In this document: in pieces, positions 1-8,959 of the stretch
How positions within the stretch are numbered: the stretch's first letter is position 1
How the letters are laid out: each line of letters starts with the position of its first letter
Origin: an uncultured delta proteobacterium
Lineage (GTDB): Bacteria > Desulfobacterota > RBG-13-43-22
Assembly (NCBI GenBank): GCA_963743305.1
Contig: CAVUPH010000010.1
Location: 32,001 to 96,000 of the forward strand
Reading direction: 5' to 3'
DNA: 64,000 nt
Program-made: the position numbers and the translations under genes
The notes under the pieces: generated by a model
What the model saw: only the letters and a program-made list of their open reading frames with translations
What the model was told of the DNA's origin: nothing
The model's database searches: none

Positions 1-15
1 CTGAAACCCGCCCAT

Positions 16-1648
16 TCATGGTTCTTTCCCCAGCATTTCCATCATCATCTCCCGCATCTTGAACTTTTGCATCTTCCCGGAACGGGTCATGGGGAATTCA
101 TTCACCAGGCGGATATAGTCCGGATAGAGCAGTTCGGGTAGGTGTTCCCGGCAGTGGGCCCGGACCGTTTCTTCAGTTAAGGAAACGCCCTCTTTGGCCT
201 TGACCCAGACCGCCACACCTTCTCCCCGGGCCGGATCGAGGCACCCCGAAGGCCTGGACCATGGCCACCCCCGACAGTTTATAGATGCCGTCCTCGATCT
301 CGGTGGGCAATAGTTCCTTTCCATCCTTGACGATGACGTCCTTCCATCGTCCGGTGATTCGGAAATACCCTTGGGCGTCACGCGTACCCAGGTCTCCGGT
401 GTGATACCAGCCATCTCGGTCGACCACCCGGGCGGTGGCTTCCGGATTGTGAAAATAGCCTTTCATCAATAAGCCCCGGGTGCAGATTTCCCCCGGCTGT
501 CCATCCGGAAGGTCTTCGCCGGTCAGCGGGTCCACGATTTTGACTTCACAATTGGGCAGGGCCTTCCCGATGGTGGAGACCCGCAACTCCAGGGGATCGT
601 CGGGCAGGGTCTGGGTGACCCAGGAGGAGGCTTCGGTGATGCCGTAGGCGATGGCCAGTTCCCGGACCCCCATTTCGGTAACGATGCGCTTCATCAGGGC
701 CAGGGGGCAGGGCGCTCCGCCAACGATGCCGGTTCGCAGGTTTCCCGGTTGAAAACCCCTGAATGGGGGCGCTTCGAGAAGGGCCAGGAACATGGAGGGG
801 GAACCGTAAATGGCGGTACACCGCTCGCCGGTCAGGGCCGAGATGACCTCCGGAGGTGAAAACTGGTCTGAAGGAATGACCAGGGCTGCACCCCGAAGCA
901 AGCCGGATAGACAGATACAGGTGTTACCGAACATGTGATAGAGCGGAAAGAAAAGACAAAGGCGATCCTCTGCCGAAATTTTCATCCTTTCCGTGGAGGC
1001 CAGCGACTTGTTTAAAATCCCTCGGTGATCGACCACCACCCCCTTGGGTTTCCCAGTAGTCCCGGAAGTGAATAGGAGCATCAGAGGGTCTTCCGGCTTC
1101 AGGGAGTCCTCCCGTCCCCTCAGTTGGGAGGGAGAGACCCGCTCTCCCCAGGCGGATAGCTCCTTTAAGCCGGGGAGCGGGATCTCGGTTTCCGAAAGGG
1201 TGATGATGGAGCGCAGCGAGGGAAGCGGCTTTTTCTGAAGGGGATTGGTTTCCCAGAAGTCCGGGGCCAGGGAGCGGAGCATTTCCAGGTAAGAACCGTT
1301 CGGGCCTTCCTGGGTTAATACCGCCTTTGCCCCGGACTGGGAAAGGGCGTAGCGCAGCTCTTCAAGGCCATAACCGGGATCCAGGGCCATCAGGACGGCC
1401 CCGGTTTTGGCCAGGGCCACCTGAGCCAGGACCCATTCCGGACAGTTCGATCCCCAGAGGGCCACCGGGTCCCCTTTCTGAATCCCCAGGGCCATCAATC
1501 CGCGAGCCAGTCGTCCTGCCTGATCCATGAAAGCCCGGTAGGCGAAACGGATTCCCCGCTGCGGATGGACTAAAGCCTCCCGCTCGGGATGTTCACGGGC
1601 GACCTTGTTCAACCAGGCGCCTACCGTGGATTCCTGAATGTTAATCAT
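16..1648 (-). CDS. AMP-binding acyl-CoA synthetase (fatty-acid--CoA ligase-like), apparent frameshift near 240
   Basis: Motifs FTSGTTGKPKG, AYGITE and WYHTGDLG in ORF 173..1648; the expected C-terminal domain (DPARGEGVAVWV...FPMTRSGKMQK) continues in the frame of ORF 16..414. Confidence 0.9.
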
Positions 1649-1758
1649 GATAACCTCGCCCGGGAATAAGTTGTTTTTAAACTCCGGATATGCTACAAAG
1701 GCGCCTTATTATAAGATGGATTCTTACATTTAATCTATCTATAAAAGCGAGGAATTTT

Positions 1759-2748
1759 ATGGCGGAACATTTTTATTTCGGTAAGAAAATACTGATTACC
1801 GGGGGGTTGGGTTTCCTGGGCAGCACGCTGGCGATCAAACTGGTCGAATTGGGGGCCGAAGTGACCCTCCTGGACGGGATGATCCCGGATTTGGGGGCCA
1901 ATTTTTTCAATATCGAGCCGGTCAAAGATCGGGTGAAAGTAGTTATCGCCAATCTGGGAGACCGGGCGGCCACGGATTATTATGTGCGGGACAAAGATCT
2001 GATTTATAACATCGGCATGCACTCCTGCCACCTGGAATCCATGGCCAATCCGGTCTATGATCTGGAAACCAATGTGATTCCCCAGGTCCATTTCCTGGAA
2101 TCCCTTCGCGCCTTTAACCCGCAAACCCGGGTAGTGTATATCGGGACCCGGGCCCAGTACGGTCAGGCACTGACCATCCCCATCACGGAAGAGACCCCGC
2201 CAAATCCCAAAGATATTTACGCCGCCACCAAACAGGCCGTGGAATGGTACCACCTGCTCTATAATAAGATTTGCGGTCTTCAGGTGACCTCCTTGCGGCT
2301 GGGCAATACCTACGGACCCCGCCATCAAATGCGGCATCCCAAGTACGGAGTCCAAAATTTCTTAATCCGGCTGGCCCTGGAGGACCAGGAGATCAAGGTT
2401 TTTGGTGACGGCAGCCAGAAGCGGGAGATGATTTATGTGGAGGACATTATCCGTTGTCTGCTGCTTCTGGGAGAGAAGGAGGTTTGCCTGAACCAGGTAT
2501 ACAGCATCGGCAGCGCCGAAGCCATAACCTTTCTGGAACTGGTCCAGGCGATACTGCGAGCCTGCGGGTCCGGCCGCTATGTCCACGCGCCCTGGCCGGA
2601 AGAACGGAAGACCATCGAGGTGGGCGATGTGGTCACGGATTTCTCCAGACTGACGGCCCACACGGGTTGGAAACCGACCACCCTGCTGGCCGAAGGACTC
2701 CAAAAAACCGTTGACTACTATCGGCTTTATCGCCGGCGGTACTGGTAG
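1759..2748 (+). CDS. NAD-dependent epimerase/dehydratase (extended SDR)
   Basis: TGGLGFLG Rossmann motif and YAATK catalytic motif; ATG at 1759 after GAGG. Confidence 0.9.
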   Translation: MAEHFYFGKKILITGGLGFLGSTLAIKLVELGAEVTLLDGMIPDLGANFFNIEPVKDRVKVVIANLGDRAATDYYVRDKDLIYNIGMHSCHLESMANPVYDLETNVIPQVHFLESLRAFNPQTRVVYIGTRAQYGQALTIPITEETPPNPKDIYAATKQAVEWYHLLYNKICGLQVTSLRLGNTYGPRHQMRHPKYGVQNFLIRLALEDQEIKVFGDGSQKREMIYVEDIIRCLLLLGEKEVCLNQVYSIGSAEAITFLELVQAILRACGSGRYVHAPWPEERKTIEVGDVVTDFSRLTAHTGWKPTTLLAEGLQKTVDYYRLYRRRYW

Positions 2749-2756
2749 GCCGTTCC

Positions 2757-3575
2757 ATGTCGCTCTGGACCGCGGTGATTCTGGGGATCGTCGAAGGTCT
2801 GACCGAATTCCTCCCCGTCTCCTCCACCGGCCATTTGATCCTGGCCGGGCAACTGCTTCGTTTCCATGGGCAGGTCGCCAAAACGTTTGACGTGGTGATC
2901 CAATTGGGGGCCATCCTGGCGGTGGTTTGGCTCTATCGGCAGCGGTTTAAAGCCTTGATGCCGCTGGAAGGCTGGCGGAAATTCACCAAGACCAGCCAGG
3001 GGCTGAAAGGTCTGCGCGGCTGTCTGTTGTTGGGCTTGACTACGCTGCCGGCCTTGCTGGTGGGTAAATTCGCTTATAGTTCCATCAAGGCCTATCTTTT
3101 CAATGCCGGCAGCGTGGCCGTGGCCCTGGCCGTGGGAGGGGTGGGCATTCTTCTGGTCGAACGCCGTAAACGCGACCAGGGGATCGTCTCGCTGGATAAT
3201 ATTACCTGGGGACAGGCCTTGGTCATCGGCTTGTTTCAATGCCTGTCCATGTGGCCGGGAATCTCCCGGGCCGGAGCGACGATTGTCGGCGGGATGCTCG
3301 GGGGACTGAAGCGGAAAACCGCGGCCGAGTATTCCTTCCTGGCCGCCGTTCCGGTGATGATCGCGGCCTCCGGTTATGATTTCTGGAAAACCCGGGCCCT
3401 CTTCAACGCCTCCGATTTATGGTTTCTGGGGGTTGGATTTGCGGTGGCCTTCGTCGTGGCCTACTTTACCGTGGCCGCCTTTATCCGGCTGCTGGGCCGC
3501 TGGACCTTAAAGCCTTTTGCCTGGTACCGGATCGCGTTGGCCCCGGTCATCCTGCTTTTCTGGCCGAAAGGATGA
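2757..3575 (+). CDS. uppP: undecaprenyl-diphosphate phosphatase
   Basis: GIVEGLTEFLPVSSTGH and PGISRAGATI signatures; multi-pass membrane protein. Confidence 0.95.
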   Translation: MSLWTAVILGIVEGLTEFLPVSSTGHLILAGQLLRFHGQVAKTFDVVIQLGAILAVVWLYRQRFKALMPLEGWRKFTKTSQGLKGLRGCLLLGLTTLPALLVGKFAYSSIKAYLFNAGSVAVALAVGGVGILLVERRKRDQGIVSLDNITWGQALVIGLFQCLSMWPGISRAGATIVGGMLGGLKRKTAAEYSFLAAVPVMIAASGYDFWKTRALFNASDLWFLGVGFAVAFVVAYFTVAAFIRLLGRWTLKPFAWYRIALAPVILLFWPKG

Positions 3576-3585
3576 CCGGCGGTTC

Positions 3586-3698
3586 AATTGAGAATTGGCA
3601 ATTGATAATTGATTGTTGACAATTAAGGTCTTTGAGGTCTTTTACACTTTCCAGGGTACTACACCAATAATCAATTGATTAATTCTTAATTATTAATG
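3586..3698. repeat. AT-rich heptamer tandem repeats in two inverted blocks
   Basis: AATTGAG AATTGGC AATTGAT AATTGAT TGTTGAC AATTAAG at 3586-3627; reverse-sense units (TCAATTG ATTAATT CTTAATT) at about 3664-3698, between convergent genes. Confidence 0.7.
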
Positions 3699-3728
3699 AT
3701 ACCTGGTCTCCCAGACTAATCCATCGGT

Positions 3729-4586
3729 TTAGAGCGAGGAATAGAAACTGCTCGTATCCAAACCGATAGGGCCCAGGACCTTTTCATCCAGCCCCAGACT
3801 CAAACCCAGCAACTGCGGATACAGGAGGGAGGGCAGGGAAAGGCCCGGTGCCTCTTCCCCCGTTGGGTTCTCCGGTTTCCGGGTAAATTGCATCTGGCAA
3901 TGAGGGCAGGCGACGCAGAGAACATCCGCCCCGGCCTTCCGGGCCGACTCCATTTTTTTTCGCATCAACTCCAAAGACAGGGGATCGTTTTTATCCCGCA
4001 GGGGATCTCCGCAGCATTGCAGTCTCAGGGGCCAATCCACGCTGATCCCGCCGGTTACCTCCACCAGCGTCTCAAACTTGGTGGGGGTGGCGGCATGGTC
4101 GAATCGAACGACGTCCCGGGGACGCAGGATATGACAGCCATAATGGGCGGCCACCTTCAGCGACTTGAAGGGCCGCTTAGTGTTCCCCCAAATGGCCTCC
4201 GGACCTATTTCATCGGCTAAAACGTGGAGGAGATGTTTTATTTCAATTCGGGGGGGATAGCGCAGGCCCTCTTCCTTCAGCAGCAGGGTGATATCCTTCA
4301 ACAGGGCCTCATTTTGCCGCATGAGGATATCGGCGTAGCGCAAGGTGCCGTAACAGCACTGGCACAGGCAGAGCAAGGGCAACCCTTTTTCACCGGCCAA
4401 GGCCAGATTGCGGGCCGAGGAATAAATAAAGGACCGGAAATCCAGAAATCGGACGGGATAGCCGCAGCAGTTAAATTCCAGATCCAGCAGCTCGATCCCA
4501 AACCGCTCCAGGACAGCTCGACTGGCGGTTCCAAAATAGGGAAGGTAATAAGGAATCTTGCAGCCGGGGAAGAGGACGTATTTCAT
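3729..4586 (-). CDS. hdrB: HdrB-like CCG-domain protein
   Basis: FPGC, CCG (FNCCGYP), CQCC, HYGCH, CCG and CPHC motifs; 4-nt overlap with the upstream gene. Confidence 0.9.
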   Translation of the reverse strand: MKYVLFPGCKIPYYLPYFGTASRAVLERFGIELLDLEFNCCGYPVRFLDFRSFIYSSARNLALAGEKGLPLLCLCQCCYGTLRYADILMRQNEALLKDITLLLKEEGLRYPPRIEIKHLLHVLADEIGPEAIWGNTKRPFKSLKVAAHYGCHILRPRDVVRFDHAATPTKFETLVEVTGGISVDWPLRLQCCGDPLRDKNDPLSLELMRKKMESARKAGADVLCVACPHCQMQFTRKPENPTGEEAPGLSLPSLLYPQLLGLSLGLDEKVLGPIGLDTSSFYSSL

Positions 4587-6286
4587 GACGCACCCCCTGA
4601 AAGGCCGGTTTCCGAGGGCTTAGCCTTCAACTGCTGGAAGGCCAGATTCTTGAGTTCAAAAAGGATGTCGGTTACCCGAATATCCTGGGGACAGTTTTCC
4701 TGACATTGATAACAGCCCAGGCAGTCCCAGACCATCCTGGCTCCCAGAACCTGGGAGGCCAACCCGAATTTCAGGCTGTACATGATCTGGTGGGGAAGCA
4801 GACCCAGGACGGTCATAGGATTGGCGTAACTCATCACCACCGGGCAGGAATTGGAACAGGTCAGACAGGTATAACAGGGGTTGAAACTGCTTCCCTGACT
4901 GGAGAGCAACATTTCCTTTTTGAAGGCCTTGCCTTCCGGAGCCAGGGGGATCACCGTTTTGCTTCGATCGGCATCAAACTTGGAAACAAAAGCGTCGCGG
5001 GTGGAACTAAAAAGATCGGGACAACCCCGATGAGCCAGGTCCTGCTGCATGCAGGACCAGAGCTGCAGCGTATTGATTCCTATCGGGCAGTATAAGTTGC
5101 CGCGGTAACAGCCGGTACAGAGGGAGTTGCCCTCCTGGAAAGCACGCAGTTCCGATGCGGGCAGGTTTTTTTGGCGGGACAAGGTCTGAAAGGCGATCAA
5201 TTTTTCAGAAGACATCAGGTAGGGATTTCCCAGTCGAAGACTGATCGGCCGCACCGAACAATGCTGGCTGCAAATAGCGCAATGGGTACAGGCATCCAGT
5301 TCAATGGCCTGGATAGTGGCCAGGTCGGCCGGTGAGAGGACCTTTCGATCTGTAACTCCGTTGATCAGCAGGATCAGGGGACTGGTAAAGAGATGAAAGA
5401 ATTTGGTGAAGGGAAGGACAGCCAGCCCCAGAAAAGAACTTAAAAAGTGAAGGTACCAGAGCAGGGTGCTGATCCCGGCAGCGGTCAGAGTCAGTGCCAG
5501 GGGTCGGACGGCTCTGGCGATTCCATAAGAAACAAAGGCCGCGGAAGGCCGGGAATGGCATTGGGCGCAATTCAGGTCGTGCAGTGCCCTACCTTTTCTT
5601 AAGAGCTCCGGGTCCGGGCGGGTTTCCGGTCCCGGGAAGACCACTCCGAAATCCCTGCTCCAATAGGCCCGCAAGGCCTGGAGTTCCCGGTCGTCCTGGA
5701 TAAAACCGAATTCCTGAACCATCTCCTGGAAGCGCTGGGGGGAAACGATCTTGGAGGCCTCCAGCAGAAAACCGGAAAGGATGATCAGCCCCAGGAGGAC
5801 CAGGGCGAAGATATCCTGCCGTCCGGTGGTCAGGCGCAGGACCTGGTCCCGGAACCGGCGATAAGCCGCGATGGCCAGTCCCAGGAGCAGGAGGACGCCA
5901 AAGAAATTGCGCAGGAACAAAAAGGGGTTCAGCGTGGAAACATATTCGGGGAAAAGTCTGATGGTAATGTACCGGTCCAGGGCATGGAAGAAAAGCAGGA
6001 ACAAAAAGCCGTAAAACAGGGTTAGATGCATGAACCAGCGGAGGGACCCTTCTTTCTTCAGTCGCAATTGGAGGAAGACGTCCTGGAAAAGGATTTTTCC
6101 CAGTAGAAGGATCCGGTGGCTGAAGAGCACAGACGTCAGACCCCGGAGCGCGGAGGTGAGGCGCCGGATTGGAGAGATCCCCCGGGATTGATCGCCGATA
6201 GCGCAACGAAACCAGTAAACCAGTTTATAGACCAGTCCCGCTCCGAAGAGTGCAAGAGAAAAATAAAGGGCCCAGCGAAAGAACAT
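4583..6286 (-). CDS. membrane NarI/HdrE-type cytochrome b with CxxCH insertion fused to two 4Fe-4S dicluster (HdrC-like) domains, copy 1
   Basis: His pairs in TM helices (WFMH...FFH; YLH...FFH), CAQCH, then CTHCAICSQHC, CTGCYRGNLYCP, CYTCLTCSNSCP and WDCLGCYQCQENCP. Confidence 0.85.
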   Translation of the reverse strand: MFFRWALYFSLALFGAGLVYKLVYWFRCAIGDQSRGISPIRRLTSALRGLTSVLFSHRILLLGKILFQDVFLQLRLKKEGSLRWFMHLTLFYGFLFLLFFHALDRYITIRLFPEYVSTLNPFLFLRNFFGVLLLLGLAIAAYRRFRDQVLRLTTGRQDIFALVLLGLIILSGFLLEASKIVSPQRFQEMVQEFGFIQDDRELQALRAYWSRDFGVVFPGPETRPDPELLRKGRALHDLNCAQCHSRPSAAFVSYGIARAVRPLALTLTAAGISTLLWYLHFLSSFLGLAVLPFTKFFHLFTSPLILLINGVTDRKVLSPADLATIQAIELDACTHCAICSQHCSVRPISLRLGNPYLMSSEKLIAFQTLSRQKNLPASELRAFQEGNSLCTGCYRGNLYCPIGINTLQLWSCMQQDLAHRGCPDLFSSTRDAFVSKFDADRSKTVIPLAPEGKAFKKEMLLSSQGSSFNPCYTCLTCSNSCPVVMSYANPMTVLGLLPHQIMYSLKFGLASQVLGARMVWDCLGCYQCQENCPQDIRVTDILFELKNLAFQQLKAKPSETGLSGGAS

Positions 6287-6482
6287 AAGAGTATTTCAAT
6301 CGGCTAGTTTAAACGAATAATAAACCCCTCTAGCGCTACCCGCTCCCTATGATAGCCCCCCCCGGCCGGCGGAAGGGCATTTGATTTTTTGTCTACTTAA
6401 TTATATACTATAAAGCAAAAAGCAGGTCTTCCAATGGAAATCTTGAGGTTTGGGGAAATATTATTGGGATAAAGGAATTGCC

Positions 6483-6944
6483 ATGAAACCGGAATATCAA
6501 AAAATTCTTTTCTGTTCGGACTTTTCCCTGGATGCGGATTATGCCTTTTATACGGCCCTGGACCTGACTGAACGATACGGAGCCCACCTGTACCTGGTTC
6601 ATGTCTTGTCGGCAACGGATAACTTATCCGACGCCTTAGAAGACCATCCGGAAGCCCAAAAGGCTAGCCTGGATGACGGGGAAATGATAGAGCCGGTAAA
6701 GCGGAGACTGATCGATCGGTACCTCCACCGATTGGGGGGGTACCCCCATTATGAGTTTCAGGTGTTGAAGGGCGTTCCCATTGTAGAGATCGTCCGTTTC
6801 GCCCGATTGCAGGAGGTGGATTTAATCGTTTTGGGAGCGGCCGGCAGTTCCAAGGCAAACAAACTCCACTTCGGCAGCACCGCCGAGAATGTGGCCCGCC
6901 GCGCCCAGTGCACGGTGATGTGCATTCGAAACCCCAAGAGGTAA
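6483..6944 (+). CDS. universal stress protein
   Basis: ILFCSDFS...DLIVLGAAG...FGSTAENVARRAQCTV; ATG at 6483 after AAGGA. Confidence 0.9.
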   Translation: MKPEYQKILFCSDFSLDADYAFYTALDLTERYGAHLYLVHVLSATDNLSDALEDHPEAQKASLDDGEMIEPVKRRLIDRYLHRLGGYPHYEFQVLKGVPIVEIVRFARLQEVDLIVLGAAGSSKANKLHFGSTAENVARRAQCTVMCIRNPKR

Positions 6945-7009
6945 GCGATGACCTTACGGCCGCTTTCCTCTATTTCTAAAAAAGGTGCAGCTACCCAAGA
7001 AAAGCTGTC

Positions 7010-8749
7010 ATGACTTCCAAAAAGAAAAACAAGGCCTTATTCCCCCTGCCGGATCATCAAACCCTGGGGATTATCTGGAACTCCATGGGGATCGGTGTCT
7101 TTACCGTTGATCTGGAACGCCGGGTGACTTCTTTTAACGAAGCGGCCATTAGCATAACCGGTTACCGGCTTGAGGAAGTGATCGGCAAACACTGCCACGA
7201 GGTCTTCGGAAACAATCTTTGCCAGGGAGATTGTCGTTTTCACCGGGCTTTTGAAAAAGGCAATTCTTTCTTGAATTTTGATCTGGAAATCATGGACCGG
7301 GAAGGGGATGCCATCCTGATCAATAAGACGGTAACTCCCCTTCGGGACCGTCAGGGAAATCTGGTCGGGGCCGTGGAAAGTTTTCAGGATGTGTCCCTCT
7401 TATGGGACCTTCACGGAAAGATCCGCTATCAGACCGAACGGTTTCGCCAAATTCTGGACAGCATGGCCCTGGGAGTGATCACTTTTACCCGTAGCGGGCA
7501 TATCCTTTCTTTTAATACCGGCGCGGAACGGATGACCGGTTTTCGCCGCGAGGAAGTGATCGGTAATCCCTGCCGGGATATCCTCTGTTCCAATCTGTGC
7601 CAGGCCGATTGCGGACTGGAAAAGATTCTGAAAGATGGGGAACCCCTGTCGGAGATCGATGGGGAGGTCCGGTCCAAAGACGGGACGGCCGTCCCGGTAA
7701 AAATCGCCTTCACCCTCCTGCGAGACGATGAGGGCAAAACGCTGGGGGCGGTGGGTATGTTCGAGGACCGCTCCCTGATTCAGCATTTGGAAAAGAAAAT
7801 ATACCAGCGGTTTACCTGTGGCGATATCATCAGCCAGGACCCCCGCATGCTCCGTATTTTTGAACTGCTGCCCATCGTCGCCAACCGGGATGTGACGGTG
7901 CTGATCCAAGGCCCCACCGGTTGTGGAAAGGACCTGGTGGCCAAAGTCATCCACGAACAAAGCCAGCGGGCCAAGGGGCCCTTTATTAAGGTCAATTGCG
8001 CGGCCATCCCGGAGAATCTACTGGAATCCGAGATGTTCGGCTATGTTCGCGGGGCTTTTACCGGCGCTCAGCACGACAAGCCTGGTTTGTTTCAACTAGC
8101 GAATCAGGGAACCATTTTTTTGGATGAGATCGGGGACCTGCCCCTGGCCCTTCAGGCGAAGTTGTTGCGGGTCCTGGAGGATAAGGAATTTTACCCCCTG
8201 GGGGCTAAAAAAACAGTCAAGGTGGATGTGCGGATTCTGGCGGCCACAAACCAGGATCTGGAAGGGATGATCCGGGAGCGGAAATTCAGGGAGGACTTGT
8301 TTTATCGCTTGAATGTCATTCGACTGGAACTTCCGCCTTTGCGGGAACGGGTTCAGGATATTCCTTTGCTGATTAATCATTTCCTGAGGCAAAGCAATCT
8401 GGAAAAGGGAAAGAGAATTCAACGCTTTGATCCGCCGGCCCTGGGCCTTCTCCTGGAATATCCGTATCCGGGCAATATCCGAGAACTAGAAAATATTATC
8501 GAACACGCCTGCCTGATCTGCCAGGGGGAGATCATCCAAGTGGAACACCTGCCGCTTTATGTGCAGGGCAGGAGGCGCGACCGGGAAAGCCTGCCGGCCC
8601 GTTCCCTTGACCCACCGTACGATGAGGCCGCCTGGATCCGGGAAGCCTTAAGCGCCCACCATTGGAATCGCCAGGCTACCGCCCAAAGGCTACACATGGA
8701 TCGGACCACGCTCTGGCGAAAGATGAGACGTTACAATCTGAAGCCCTGA
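7010..8749 (+). CDS. PAS-PAS sigma54-dependent transcriptional activator
   Basis: Two PAS domains, Walker A GPTGCGKD, GAFTGA loop, FLDEI, C-terminal Fis-type HTH. Confidence 0.95.
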   Translation: MTSKKKNKALFPLPDHQTLGIIWNSMGIGVFTVDLERRVTSFNEAAISITGYRLEEVIGKHCHEVFGNNLCQGDCRFHRAFEKGNSFLNFDLEIMDREGDAILINKTVTPLRDRQGNLVGAVESFQDVSLLWDLHGKIRYQTERFRQILDSMALGVITFTRSGHILSFNTGAERMTGFRREEVIGNPCRDILCSNLCQADCGLEKILKDGEPLSEIDGEVRSKDGTAVPVKIAFTLLRDDEGKTLGAVGMFEDRSLIQHLEKKIYQRFTCGDIISQDPRMLRIFELLPIVANRDVTVLIQGPTGCGKDLVAKVIHEQSQRAKGPFIKVNCAAIPENLLESEMFGYVRGAFTGAQHDKPGLFQLANQGTIFLDEIGDLPLALQAKLLRVLEDKEFYPLGAKKTVKVDVRILAATNQDLEGMIRERKFREDLFYRLNVIRLELPPLRERVQDIPLLINHFLRQSNLEKGKRIQRFDPPALGLLLEYPYPGNIRELENIIEHACLICQGEIIQVEHLPLYVQGRRRDRESLPARSLDPPYDEAAWIREALSAHHWNRQATAQRLHMDRTTLWRKMRRYNLKP

Positions 8750-8756
8750 AACAGAT

Positions 8757-8772
8757 GTTGCACGGATGCAAC
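8757..8772. promoter_or_regulatory. candidate enhancer (UAS) palindrome
   Basis: GTTGCA-CGGA-TGCAAC about 130 bp upstream of a sigma54 promoter; a similar site lies at 12849-12863. Confidence 0.65.
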
Positions 8773-8898
8773 GCCTGTCCCGTCCTTTGCTCTTTCCCTG
8801 TCCATGTTTCCAAAGAGGCCAAGCTTTCCTGTAAGGATTTAACGAAACTATTCGATTAGTTAACAAAAAATAAATCCCCCTCTAAGAATTCACAAGAG

Positions 8899-8915
8899 TT
8901 GGCATAGACCATGCT
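8899..8915 (+). promoter_or_regulatory. sigma54 (-24/-12) promoter
   Basis: TTGGCATAGACCATGCT: GG-N10-GC spacing, 45 bp before the kinase ATG. Confidence 0.8.
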
Positions 8916-8959
8916 TTCCCTAGAAGTGGAGATTCAGCCTCAGGTCCCGAAGGAGTTTT

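Noticed and set aside
1695-1703. ACAAAGGCG, the same core as the ANTAR hairpins
   Set aside because: Single copy, stem of only one pair, no second hairpin or terminator
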